Positions 1 through 11,266 of a DNA stretch of 64,000 bases are shown piece after piece; position 1 is the stretch's first letter, and each line of letters starts with the position of its first letter. Source of the DNA: Marsupella aquatica (taxonomy: Eukaryota > Plantae > Marchantiophyta); contig OZ316896.1 in assembly GCA_973895155.1 (NCBI GenBank), positions 10,365,525 through 10,429,524 on the forward strand. The letters run 5' to 3'. The translations under genes and the position numbers were made by a program. A model generated the notes under the pieces. That model saw only the letters and a list, made by a program, of their open reading frames with translations. It was not told the origin of the DNA and made no database searches.

Positions 1-65
1 TTCTCAGAATCTCGGTGGTCCCAGTTCTTATTGGATAGGTTCTTGTTCTTAATCTTTTCCATATT

Positions 66-596
66 ATGCTGCAGTCCTTTGACATGAATCAAAAATCTCA
101 TCGTCAAATGATGATGGAGCGCATTGCACGTGCAAAGGTTATGAACCGAAACATGATATGGAGTCAAGCTGAAGACCTGATACCCGGTCTTCCGGATGAT
201 ATTGTCGAGAAATATATTTGGCCATTAGTCAAAGAGTTTTTCCACTATCTTGGGAATTTGTCAGATATTGCGATTAAAAATCGGGTCATGGACTTGATCG
301 CCATTCAAACAGTCAGTAAGAAGTGGTGCCACATAGTTACTTATAGTAGTACATGGGCGACGGTCACCTTGGTAGCTTACGACTTCACTGATAGACCAGG
401 ATATGAATCGCTTCGAAGGCATTTGACTTCACGGAGTGTAGCATTAAGATTTACAGAATCCATCAGAACTCTCCCGCCGCTGGACATTCTGGGTGGATTT
501 GAAGGATCTGAACTTGACACGTTTAGGAACCTTTGGTTTTGGTTAGATGAAGATGAGCGAGAAGATTGGGTCAGGATAAATGTTCCTAAAATGTAA
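66..596 (+). CDS. F-box-like protein, cargo of cluster A
   Basis: 176-aa ORF with LIPGLPDDIVEKYIWP...TVSKKWCHIV, resembling a plant F-box motif (LPDD...VSKxW). A homologous decayed copy lies at 16056-16599. Confidence 0.55.
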   Translation: MLQSFDMNQKSHRQMMMERIARAKVMNRNMIWSQAEDLIPGLPDDIVEKYIWPLVKEFFHYLGNLSDIAIKNRVMDLIAIQTVSKKWCHIVTYSSTWATVTLVAYDFTDRPGYESLRRHLTSRSVALRFTESIRTLPPLDILGGFEGSELDTFRNLWFWLDEDEREDWVRINVPKM

Positions 597-1379
597 TTCG
601 GCAAGACGCGACCATGCGCGTGTTAGTATTTTATAATAAACATTTAACTTTCAATATTTGTCTGTTTCAGAATGGATCCTACCGGAACCTCAAAGCGGAA
701 AAAAGACTCGTCTAAAGCTGCTTCTCGAAAGAAAGCCAAGACAAAAATGACTCCCGCGGAGACATCCATACTTGCATATCGAGGAAAGTCAATCAGAGAG
801 AGAACAACGGAGACAAAGAGTATCCATCTCTTTGAATCGACTGAGATATCCGATTTTGGAATAGTCGTTCGCAATGGGGCTGTCCGTCTTGTGGTGGCAA
901 GAAATGATAAAGCTACAGTTTTGGAGAGATCAAAAATTCTTGGGTGTTTCTTTGAGAAGAACATGAAAGTTAAAGAGTGTACAGAGGGATTGGTTCTGCT
1001 AGTCAGCGACGACCAGCAGGAAGACAAAATAAGCATTTGTTTGGATCGAACGCAATATGTAACCTTTAATCAGCCCAGAATCGATGATCTTCTAGGTGCA
1101 AGGCATGCCTTGGAAAAGGTTACTAGTGTGGGATATCCTTTCGATCCAGAGGCATCAACGGGAGATTTGATTTGTCAATACATTATTGACGTACTTGAGT
1201 TCCAGAGAGTTCCTTTCAACCAGGGATTTCGCTTGGGAAAGGCCCCGCCAGTGAGCAAGGTTGAAGTATACTTGGCTGAGAATCTTCCGAAAGTAATTAC
1301 CTCAGCGAATGTCGGGGCTCTGTTCGATTCTTTCCTCAAAGAATATAGTGCTGTGAATATATTTAATAGCAAGTCATTT

Positions 1380-1910
1380 TTTGTTGAGACATCACGTTGT
1401 CATCTTGCACCGGACCACATCAAGTGCCGAGAGTGGAATCAGGATTACACAGATAGGCTAAAGAATTCACTCCTCTCTCATTCGGCTATAAAGTTCGAGA
1501 AGCAATGTTGCTTTTTAGTCCCTGTGAAGTGGGTTCAGTCGGAGGCCGACAGAGATCCCGACTACAATGGGACGCCCTACGATTCATCGCCAAAGGAGGA
1601 GGACATTATGACCAGTCATTTCTGGATACTCGGAGGCCAGCACACAATAATGGCGTACAAATTGCTGAGAGAGGACGACAAAGTCAGCCAAGTTGTACGA
1701 GACGCTTGCGGTATTGTAGAAGCTGTAATGTTTTGGGCAACGCTCAACAACGACAATAATGTTCATTTGATGGGATTATCGAAAGCTCTGAACCACTGTC
1801 ATCAAACATCAATGGAAGAAGGATAGTTTCTCACCATTGTACGACAGTGTCGTAATATCTGGAACTCATTTGGGCGGCCTGGATCACATTATCGTCATCC
1901 AAATTGGAAG
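1380..1910 (+). other. ParB/sulfiredoxin-like domain in the cluster A gene
   Basis: IKCREWNQDYTDRLKNSL...FLVPV...HFWILGGQHTIMAY...LSKALN aligns with IRPVDRLHVENIK...FVLCV...YRIIGGNHAARA...LGFQDN in element B. The following VRQCRNIW matches VRACHNIF. Confidence 0.55.
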
Positions 1911-4149
1911 GTATATAAATAACCCTCTTCGATCACATTATCGTATAAACTTTTGTCACGCGAACGGTCGCGTCAAGCTTAGAATTGTCATGTTTCCATT
2001 GTTTTTCAGGTATTTATGAGAGCTACGAGTTTTGTCTGCCCATGGGCTCAAATGGGGAAGAACGAAATGATGAAATTTGGAGAATTGGCTCCGTTTCTCT
2101 TTACAATGGAGGACGAAACATTCAAGAAGTGGATGGAGGTCTACGAACGATCAAGGACAGGAGAGCTTGTAATTTACAACGGAATTTTACAGAGGGACGC
2201 CGTCAAAATTGCGGATAATCCATGTGCTTATCATCTTCTGAAGAAGACGTTCCGTTCTTGTCAAGGGTGCTTAGACTCGGTTCTTCGAAAGGCAGCGGAA
2301 TATATGTTGAGCGGAAGACTGTCTATACTCAAAAACCGAAGCATCAAAGTGAAATCTGGGAAGGCAAGGAAGTCCTCTGAGGCTCCAGTGTTGTCAACGA
2401 CCAGCATGAGTTTGGAGCAATTCTGTATAAAGAAGAAGACGAAAGTTGAGTTTGAGATTTTATTATTGAGTAAACTCAACGGGGAAACATCCACCCGGAC
2501 GAAGCTGAAAAGTCTGACAGATTCAACACGGAAATTGCGGGTCAAAGGAATGATTGATCGCTTTAAGCTCGACAAGATGGTGATGAAGCAGTTGAGAGAT
2601 GCGTTGAGTGGTTATCTGAAGAAGTGCTTAAATGTAAATATTAGTAATGATAATTTGTTGAAGGAGATCGACCCTATATTCTACAGGTTGGTCGAAGGAA
2701 TACAGAAATCAGTTGATAGTCAAGGAAACCAACTAGTGCGGCCGGTCGGTGAGAGGCTGAAATTGCGATCCCTGCAGGATATACAAAATGCTGGGTTTGC
2801 AGACTGTATCATACGTGAAGACAAGAACCTTGCGAGCTTGATTTATTTTGATCCCTCATCAATGGGAGATTTGCGTTCGCCAAATTGCTCATTCTATGAG
2901 GGGTTATTTCGTGCTACTAGCGAGATAGGGGCAAAACCACACCATGTGGTTATTATTGTAGCCTCTCCCATTGAGTCTTACTTAATCAAACGAGAATTAG
3001 GGAAGTACACACACTACGTTGCTGTCGATAGCCATTATATTCAAAGGAGGCCGAAGGAGAAGAAGCTTATTGTAACCTACGCTTTTCACAGCTTGGCCTT
3101 CAGCACAATGGGCGATCCACAAGCCCTCGAGTTCCAATTGGTCTCCAAATATCAGATTGAAAAAATATCCAATTTTGAAGAGAGCGACGAGTTCACGACA
3201 CCTTCCCCAGAAAAGATACTTCCATTCTTTGAAAGTATTGTTAGTCAATTCGTCCAATGTGGGGAATGGGCTATATGCTTCGGTGAGGGAACGAACTTGA
3301 TCCAGTGCTTAATGGTAAGTTTTGAGATTTATATTTTGGGGTTTCGATTTTAAGATTACTTAGATTATTATATTCTCAATTAATATTGTGAACTAATTTT
3401 CGGCTTTTTTTACAGGATGCTGGATCCAATGTAAAATATTACTGCCCTGTGGCAACGCATAGGGAGTTGTCTTGTTTCTTGCAACACACCACGGCGACAA
3501 TTGATACAACGCTGTCATTGATTGACCCAGTACGGGCTAGTATAGAAAAATGTATAGATAAATTAATGAAGTACCGTCCATCCGTAACTGCTCTCAGGGC
3601 TGATGTTTTGGATGTCCTCCACGAACAACATATCCCTGATAATATTTGTAATCAATTATTGCAAGAGTATGCACTCTCTGAAGATTCCGATCGATTGTAC
3701 ATTCGACCAACGGAGTACCCTAGTGGGCCAATCCAAGGTACGTTACTTTTGAAACCTCTTACTTTTTATTGCGTCACGCGAACATGCGCGTGGACATTCA
3801 TAGCATTTCTTTTCACGCGTGAGTCATTCTTATCAAATGATCTGATTTTATTCAGATCAAGTCGACTGCGGCTTCAATGTTGAGGATGCAGGGAGCAATG
3901 GTGATGCGGATGGTGAGGGGGAAGGTGACGCGGAAGGTGACGTGGATGGGGATGTCAATGACCAAGATCCAGAGTGGATGACCGATACACAGAACGACGT
4001 CGGAGATTCCGACAATAGAGGAGATGAAGAGAGTGACGGAGAGGAGATGAAGGACGCTGAGGACGCTGATGAAGAGGACGAGGAGATGGAGGGTTCCGAG
4101 GACGCTGAGGACTCTGATGAAGAAGCCACACAGGAGCCTCGACATGAGG

Positions 4150-4830
4150 TGGACCAAGAGGAGGCGGCCCGGCAGGAGGAGGCCCGGCAGGAGGAGGCCC
4201 GGTAGGAGGCCAGGCTGGAGGAGGCAAGGCTGGAGGAGCTTCAAAAGAAGGAAGCGGCCCGGCAGGAGGCGGCCCGGCAAGAGGAGCTTCAAAAGAAGGA
4301 GGCGGCCCGGCAGGAGGAGGCGGCCCGACAAGAGGCGGCCCGGCAAGAGCAGCTTCAAAAGAACGAGGTTAAGAAGAAAAAGGCAGCAGCTAGAAAAGCA
4401 ACTGCCGCAAAGAAGAAGGAGAAAGCCGAGGTTGAGAAAGCCGAGGCCGAGAAAGCCCAGGCGGAGAAAGCGGATGCCGAGAAAGCCCAGGCTGAGAAAG
4501 CGGAGGCTGAGAAAGCCCAGGCTGATAAAGCCCAGGCTGAGAAAGCGGAGGCCGAGAAAGCCCAGGCTGAGAAAGCAGAGGCTGAGAAAGCCCAGGCTGG
4601 TAAAGCCCAGGCTGAGAAAGCGGAGGCCGAGAAAGCCTAGGCTGAGAAAGCGGAGGCTCAGAAAGCCCAGGCTCAGAAAGCCCAGGCTCATAAAGCGGAG
4701 GCCGAGAAAGCCCAGGCTCAGAAAGCGGAGGCCGAGAAAGCCCAGGCTGAGAAAGCGAAGGCCGAGAAAGCCCAAGCTGAGAAAGCCCAGGCGGAGAAAG
4801 CCCAGGCTGAGAAAGCGGAGGCTGCGAGAG
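4150..4830 (+). repeat. Coding minisatellite (15-18 nt units; QEEAAR and AEKAQ/AEKAE repeats)
   Basis: Tandem GCTGAGAAAGCCCAG/GCGGAG and CAGGAGGAGGCGGCCCGG units, in frame with the acidic exon and probably coiled coil. Confidence 0.9.
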
Positions 4831-5845
4831 TCCTTTTAGTGACAGAGGAAAATAGGGCCAAGGCGGAGAGTGAGGCGGCTGAGAGGCTTCTGGCCGAGAG
4901 GATGGCGGACGAGACCGCAAGACCGGAGAGGGTGGAGGCGGAGACGTTGGAGGCAGAAAAGGTGGATTCCGCAAGACTGGAGAGAGAAGAAGCCGCAAGA
5001 CTGGAGGCAGCGAGGAAGGAGGCCGAGAGGGCCAAGGATCTTTCGCTTATTCCTGAGGCACAACGTCTACCGAAAATAAGGCTGAATTTGAAGAAGCCTT
5101 CTTCACCCTCAGTTGCAGTTAAGAAGAAAATATTAGACTATTTTCTTCGCTCGGAGTTTGAATTTAACGATCCACCCTTAAGTACGGTCTCGTTGGATGA
5201 TTGGAATAAATATTCACCGGAGCAGCTCCGAGTCCAGGCAGTCCTTGCTTTGCAATATTGGAAGGGTCTTTTGATTACCGAGGAGAAGACTGCCACTGCA
5301 TCCAGAATGGAGACAATCATCAATAATGTGCGCTTTTCCGAGAATCGAGTGCAAGACCTGGGAACGTTTTTGGCACCAGACTCGGCTCAAGTCGTTAAGA
5401 GACTAACAGCTGACTTGACGCGACCGGGTTCGTGGTCTCGACCCCGATATATTGTAGAGGTGACTCGCGCAAAAATTGTGGCACCGAATATTTTGGAATC
5501 GGATTCCCAGATTGTGGAATATTTGAATCAAATGCCACAACCATTTGAAGGTCTTCCCGCCTCATCGCTCCAACCTTCGCAAACTCGTCCGGTGGAGCGA
5601 TCATGACGGTCTCGAGGAGGGCTGAAGGATGTTGTTGCGATTGAGGCACCCAAGAGATCAGCTGCGAAAAGGCCGGATCCACCCAATCCAAAGGTCATTC
5701 GCAAGCTATAAGCTTAAAGTTTCTATTATAGACGTCATTATTTTATTATTGATCTGTTATTGTTTCTGTTTTCTGAGGCTACAACCCTTAGGCTACAACC
5801 TCAGTACGTTATTTGAAGGCATTCTGAAATCTCTGTTTTTTGCAG

Positions 5846-6634
5846 TTTTTTGAAAATTTGGCTAGTCGAATAGATCAATGCCTTGATCCTTCTAAGGATA
5901 TGGAAGAGCTATTGACCAAGTTCTTACAACACTCGATCAAGAGGAAACATATGATGTGTCTGAGACCGCGCGAGTTGCTCACCGATGATATAATTAACGC
6001 TTATTTGAGTTTTCTCGAACTGATTCTCGATAGAGTTGGAAAGTCAGACCTTGTCAAATTCTTCCAAACACACCATTTTGAGCTTCTCTCCATGGATCCT
6101 ACCATTTTCAACGAGGAGAGAGCAGCTTGGACAAGGGAGTTTCCGCTAAAAATCAGTGAATACGAGAAACTGGTCTTTCCAGTACACAATGCTGTGAAAG
6201 AACATTGGTCATTGGTAGTCTTGTATCCGAAGGAGAAACGGCTGGAGTACCTAGATTCTCTAGTTCATAATCGACAAAATCTTGGGGTGCTAGATATTGT
6301 TGGGAAGTACTACGCCGACGAAATTGCCTAGAGAATTGGTGTCAACTTGGATCTCTCAGGTTGGGAACGGATATATCGGAATGATATTCCTCACCAGAGT
6401 GACTGCCACAGTTGTGGTGTGTTTATCTTGAGATACGCCAAGTGCTTGTGTCAAGGAAACGGAATTAATTTTGCCGCGGATCAAATTGAGAAATTCCGTA
6501 GGGAGATAGTCTTGTCGTTATTTGACATGGACTTCCGCAAGCCAACGTCCGTAAGTAACCTAGTTACCGGGATCCGTGCTGCTATGATTGACATTTCCGG
6601 TGGAATTCCAGCACTGAATGACCGTCTTGTACAG
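5846..6634 (+). pseudogene. Ulp1/SENP-family (peptidase C48) SUMO-protease exon
   Basis: LTDDIINAYL, FFQTHHF, FPVH..EHWSLVV, YLDSL, PHQSDCHSCGVF. The His-Asp-Cys triad and oxyanion Gln are present. One in-frame TAG at 6329. Confidence 0.85.
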
Positions 6635-6720
6635 GTAATACACTTCATTTCAATGTCTCTCTTTGTAGTCACGCGACCGTTCGCGTTATAAACTTATTTT
6701 CATTTCTTAATGTTTTACAG

Positions 6721-7626
6721 AAGCCTATCCTGAAACCCCCTGATCGAGTATCGAAGGCACCAGTCCGGAAGTCCGGTGATCGTCCAGAGGCGGGAAACAA
6801 ACAGACCGTTCTAGTACGTTCTCCAAACCCTGCGGCACAAAAATCACAGGTACAGATGGCGCCTAATCCATCGGCAAAGAAGTCACCGGTTCAGAAGAGA
6901 CTTGTAATTTTCGATCTGAATCGGGTACTTATCTGGTCAGAGAAGATCAGCCCTGGGATGCCCATTCGGTCAAGGGGTGTGAGACAGATGCACAAGGTTA
7001 TCTATCCAAGGCCTAATTTAATGGAATTTCTTGAGAAGGTGGCAGATCTATACGACATTGCGATCTGGTCGTGCATGTTCAAACGGAATATTCTATCTTG
7101 TGTAAGGCTGATACTTCGACCCGAAGTTTTGAAACGTATTAAATTTATATGGGGACAAGAATCAACTCGACTTATTGGGAAGAATAATAATGACATCCCT
7201 TTATTTGTCAAATGTCTCTCGGACATTGCCGTCGATATTAAAGATTACAACATCGAGAATGTCATTCTTATCGATGACGCTGCATATAAGACGAGCCTTA
7301 ATGACTTCTATTCATCGCTGTATCCCGATGCATATTCTGGGCTCGATGATGACCTATTTTTTAGAAAGAAACTATATCCATATCTATGCGACATGTCAAT
7401 TGACAAGTTGACATTCTGCGAGCTCCTTAGTGGATATGGGATTCCAACGTTCTCTCAAGAAAATCTTGAGAAAGATTATATTGATAAGACGAATCTTTGG
7501 AGGAGAAACGTGATCATTCGTAATCAGGGGAATAAAGACCATTTAGAAAAGTTTGACGAATTTATGAAATACTTATCTGCCAAAAAAGACCGTGCTATAG
7601 AAGCCCGGGATAAGTCCAATAAGTAA
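6721..7626 (+). CDS. NIF/FCP1-like HAD phosphatase domain, copy 1
   Basis: LVIFDLNRVL, RPNLMEFLE...YDIAIWS, FIWGQE, KCLS, NVILIDDAAYK, LYPYL. Confidence 0.8.
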   Translation, partial: KPILKPPDRVSKAPVRKSGDRPEAGNKQTVLVRSPNPAAQKSQVQMAPNPSAKKSPVQKRLVIFDLNRVLIWSEKISPGMPIRSRGVRQMHKVIYPRPNLMEFLEKVADLYDIAIWSCMFKRNILSCVRLILRPEVLKRIKFIWGQESTRLIGKNNNDIPLFVKCLSDIAVDIKDYNIENVILIDDAAYKTSLNDFYSSLYPDAYSGLDDDLFFRKKLYPYLCDMSIDKLTFCELLSGYGIPTFSQENLEKDYIDKTNLWRRNVIIRNQGNKDHLEKFDEFMKYLSAKKDRAIEARDKSNK

Positions 7627-7751
7627 ACGTTTATTGTTTATTATCAATTATTATTTATAAATTGATTGAAATTGAACTTTTGGGAGTGACGCGCCCGGTC
7701 GCGTGGTTGTTTGCAATTGCATAATATGAGAATCGAATTGTTCATTTACAG

Positions 7752-8458
7752 GTGTCTAAGTGGAGCAGGTCGCGTCAACTTCTAGTTTTAGGACTGGAAA
7801 ACTTCCTGTGCTCTGTTCAAAATATACTCCTCAGCTCAAGTCGGCACCCGGAATTCGTATCGGATCTCTATGTGTCGTTCCGAGGCCGCATCTTCATGAT
7901 CTTATAAAATTCTGTTATGATCATTTTGATGTGATGGTCTGGTCTATTCTCGACGATAAACTGGTTTATCAGATACTTTCAGAAGTGTTGTCGAGCACCG
8001 ACCTATCGCAGCTGATATATGTGTTCACGTGGGATCATTGCTAGAATCTTGGTTATGTGAAGAAAAATTATAAGACTGTTGTCTTCAAATCTATCGAGAG
8101 ACTACGTGATATGTTTCAAGATTATCGACCAGAGAATATAATCCAGATTGATGCCTGTCCTTCCCGTACATGCCAGACAGCTGTATGCGAATTATTGTTC
8201 GCTAAGTCGTTTCAAGGATTGTTGGATGATGTCTTTTTGAGGGATGACCTCATTCCATATTTACGAAAGCTATCAAATTCAGGGCTTTGTCTTGCGTTCG
8301 CTAACAAGTTTGATTATCCCATCTGGTCGATTAGAAATCTACATCGAGATTGGGATCTGAACGAGGATATATGGGAGCATCTGTACGTGCAGAGACATGC
8401 GGATCAAGTTCTTATCAAGCACTTCAACAGACGTCACTTATCAATGGCCAGAGTGTAG
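7752..8458 (+). pseudogene. NIF/FCP1-like domain, copy 2 (frameshift near 7815, stop at 8042)
   Basis: After the TTTACAG acceptor it reads QLLVLGLENFL, then RPHLHDLIKFCYDHFDVMVWS, NIIQID, DLIPYL. Confidence 0.7.
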
Positions 8459-8534
8459 AGGATGTTTTCTCTGTAATATGTGACGCGACCATTCGCGTGA
8501 CTACATCCATACGGGCTCTTGTGTTTCTCTACAG

Positions 8535-9263
8535 GAGATTCATTGCAGCAGAGAAAACGGGCTCATAGTTTTAGACGTTGAGCATCTACTCTGCTACACT
8601 GCACCGCATTTCCGACTGATGGCGGTCTCAACTGGAATTCGGATTGGGAATATACACATTTTTCCAAGGCCTCATCTTCACGAATTCTTGAGATTCTGTT
8701 TTGAGAATTTTGATGTAGGGATCTGGTCCTCTCTTGGGAAGAACCTTTTAGATCAGATTTTAGCATCTATTTTTACTGCGATGGAAATGGCCTTATTTAA
8801 GTATATTTGGGATCAGTCTCATTGTTACTTATGCGATGGGGTGACATCAAATAAGCGGATATTTTTGAAGTGTTTTGAGAAGGTTGGAATTTATACGAAG
8901 GCGTATTTGCAGCAAAATATAATGCTTATCGAATCCGATGCATTTCATGCTTGTTTAGATCCTGTTGTTGGATCATTATTTCCGCCCAAATATTTTGGGT
9001 CGGTCGACGACAGTTTCCTGATTAACTTGCTGATTCCGTATCTTAGCAAGCTAGCAAACTCTTGTGAGCCGCTTGTCATTGCCAATGGAAGAGATTATCC
9101 AGATTGGTCAGTTAAATCTATTTTTAGAGATTATGATTATAATCATACTCTATGGAAAGACCCTGTGATTCAGAGGCATGGAGATAGATATCTAGTAGAG
9201 CAATTTAATAGACGCCCAATTTTGGGCGCTTCCAAAATAATAGTCGGCATGAGATCAGATTAA
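8535..9263 (+). CDS. NIF/FCP1-like domain, copy 3
   Basis: After the CTACAG acceptor it reads LIVLDVEHLL, RPHLHEFLRFCFENFDVGIWSS, YIWDQSHC, NIMLIESD, LIPYL, and is open to TAA at 9263. Confidence 0.75.
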   Translation, partial: EIHCSRENGLIVLDVEHLLCYTAPHFRLMAVSTGIRIGNIHIFPRPHLHEFLRFCFENFDVGIWSSLGKNLLDQILASIFTAMEMALFKYIWDQSHCYLCDGVTSNKRIFLKCFEKVGIYTKAYLQQNIMLIESDAFHACLDPVVGSLFPPKYFGSVDDSFLINLLIPYLSKLANSCEPLVIANGRDYPDWSVKSIFRDYDYNHTLWKDPVIQRHGDRYLVEQFNRRPILGASKIIVGMRSD

Positions 9264-9552
9264 TTTGTCTTGTCGTTCTAGAAACCATTTGTAAACTCCT
9301 TATATACTGGTTATCATATATAAAGGATCTCAAAGATTTATTTCTCTATTATTATTATTCGCGTGAGCATGTCTCTTGGTCCCGTCAAGTTGGATTGGTT
9401 AAAATGTGACGTTGCAGTCATTTTCAGGGTTTCACGTGCAGCCACGCGTCATGTCGCCCCCTTTTTATTAAAATAATAATATTTAGTGATTTTCAGAATT
9501 TCCAAAGTTCGGTTTTCCTTAAATTGGGGTTAAGGGTGCAAATGAAAATCAG

Positions 9553-10875
9553 ATGCAACATATGGAGGTCAATCATGGAAGAGTTGTGATGGATCTATCA
9601 CCAGTTTTGGATAGAGTGGGGCATGCAAGAGCAGAGCGAAGACGTTCACCAAGTGTGTCAGTGCAAGTTGAAGATGTACGACTCAGATTAGCATTTGATG
9701 ATATCCAAATCACTAACAATGTTGGGCGAGAAGGATTTATTGCAATAAATGAGAGTGCTAAACATGACAATGTGAGGCACATTGACATGCCCCATGAAAG
9801 GGACTCTTCACATATGGCACATGATCATTGCTCTCCAAGTGAAGTACAGGAGGTTGGAGGAGAAGAAGAAGTCCCTACTACAAAGAAATGTGCTTATTGT
9901 AGACAAGTGAAAGCATTGCACACTTTTGATGATGGTCGGGTAGCTTGTAAACAATGTTTGGCCAAGAAGAGAGACCAATACAAAAAGAAGAAGCAGCATA
10001 TTAGAGGGAAGGATCTTGTGCAAAATTTGCCAACTCTATTTGAGAGTGAATTTATTTTGCCACAATGCATGGGTACAAATGAAAAGGTGTTAGAGGACGT
10101 ATTACATCAGCAAACATTGTTCAACAAAAACCATGCATTCTTGTTTTTGGAGAATAATCAGATGCAACATATGGAGGTCAATCATGGGGGAGTTGGGATG
10201 GATCTATCACCAGTTTTGGAAGGAATAGGGGATGCAAGAGCAGAACCAAGTGTATCAGTGCAAGTTGAAGATGTACAACTCAGACTAGCATTTGATGATA
10301 TTCAAATCACAAATGATGTCAGGCGAGAAGGGCTTATTGCAATAAATGAGAGTGCTCAACATGGAAATGACAGGCATATTCACATGCTCCATCAAAGGGA
10401 CTCTTGACTTATTGCAAGTGCAATACAGGTCGTTGGAGGAGAAGAAGAAGTACATGAAAATGTGAGGCACATTGACATGCCCCATGAAAGGGACTTTCCA
10501 CATATGGCACATGATCATTGCTCTCCAAGTGCAATACAAGAGGTTGGAGGAGAAGAAGAAGTCTCTACTACAAAGAAATGTGCTTATTGTAGACAAGTGA
10601 AAGCATTGCACACTTTTGATGATGGTCGGGTAGCTTGTAAACAATGTTTGGCCAAAAGGAGAGAACAATACAAAAAGAAAAAGCAACACATGATCGAAGA
10701 GGAGGATGTCCAAAACTTGGGACCTCTATTTGAGAATGAGTTATTCTTAGCAAGGTGCATGCCTGGGAATGAAGAGGTGTTAGAGGGGTCATTAGATGAG
10801 CCAACGTTGTGCAAAAAGGACCGTGCATTGTTGCTCCGCTTTCGCAAGGCAATACAACAAATTGAAATTAAATAG
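9553..10875 (+). pseudogene. Probable N-terminal region of the Helitron Rep-Hel protein, with an internal tandem duplication and a CxxC..CxxC zinc finger
   Basis: Duplicated MQHMEVNHG... and KKCAYCRQVKALHTFDDGRVACKQC blocks. It runs toward the Rep region once the MITE at 10962 is removed. Confidence 0.55.
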
Positions 10876-10961
10876 AATATTGCCCAATTTGTGATGAACA
10901 ATGGTTTGAGATTGATGTGAAGGAGAAAGAGGGCATCTATGGGTGCATGTGTTGTCAAAAA

Positions 10962-11258
10962 CTCGGGGGTCTCACTACATGGGGACCTCCCCATCACCTG
11001 CGACGTTTTTAGGCCTTGGACCCCCTAAAATGTAAGAAAAAAATATTATTTTTTAACCCCTATAAAGTTGGAATATTCTTGGAATATTCCAAAAATTGGA
11101 TTAAAAAGGCCCTAATATTCTTATAAGTCTCAAAATTGAATTTAAAAGACCCTATTGTTCTTCTACAAAAATTCTTAAGTCTTCCCTTACAACCAATAAA
11201 ATGACCCTATCCTTCGTCGCACGTGATATGCCATTTTTGTGGAAGTGAAACCCCCGAG
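10962..11258. mobile_element. MITE, family 1 copy a (297 bp)
   Basis: TIR CTCGGGGGTCTCACT / AGTGAAACCCCCGAG and 8-bp TSD GTCAAAAA (10954-10961, 11259-11266). Nearly identical to 22188-22483. Confidence 0.92.
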
Positions 11259-11266
11259 GTCAAAAA

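Larger units (their letters stand above)
672..7626 (+). pseudogene. Multi-exon gene: ParB/Srx-like domain + degenerate amino-MTase + acidic/EKA coiled-coil + Ulp1 protease + NIF/FCP1-like domain
   Basis: GT-AG introns at 1911-2009, 3315-3415, 3738-3855, 5694-5845 and 6635-6720 join ORFs 672, 2016, 3449, 3942, 4839, 5840/6347 and 6856 in phase (checked by hand). In-frame TAG/TGA stops at about 1824, 4203, 4638, 4836, 5604 and 6329 are each one C>T change from CAG/CGA. Confidence 0.7.
606..8498. promoter_or_regulatory. Six copies of the palindrome ACGCG-N6-CGCGT (606, 1958, 3776, 6671, 7689, 8483)
   Basis: Read directly from the sequence. Every full copy lies in an intron or intergenic spacer of cluster A. 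A regulatory role is inferred. Confidence 0.8.

Noticed and set aside
3852-5079. Arg-rich and Leu/Ser/Pro-rich ORFs (4069-4839 +, 3852-4775 -, 4390-4998 -)
   Set aside because: These are alternate-frame readings of the EKA minisatellite; the E/K/A frame is the one in phase with the spliced gene.
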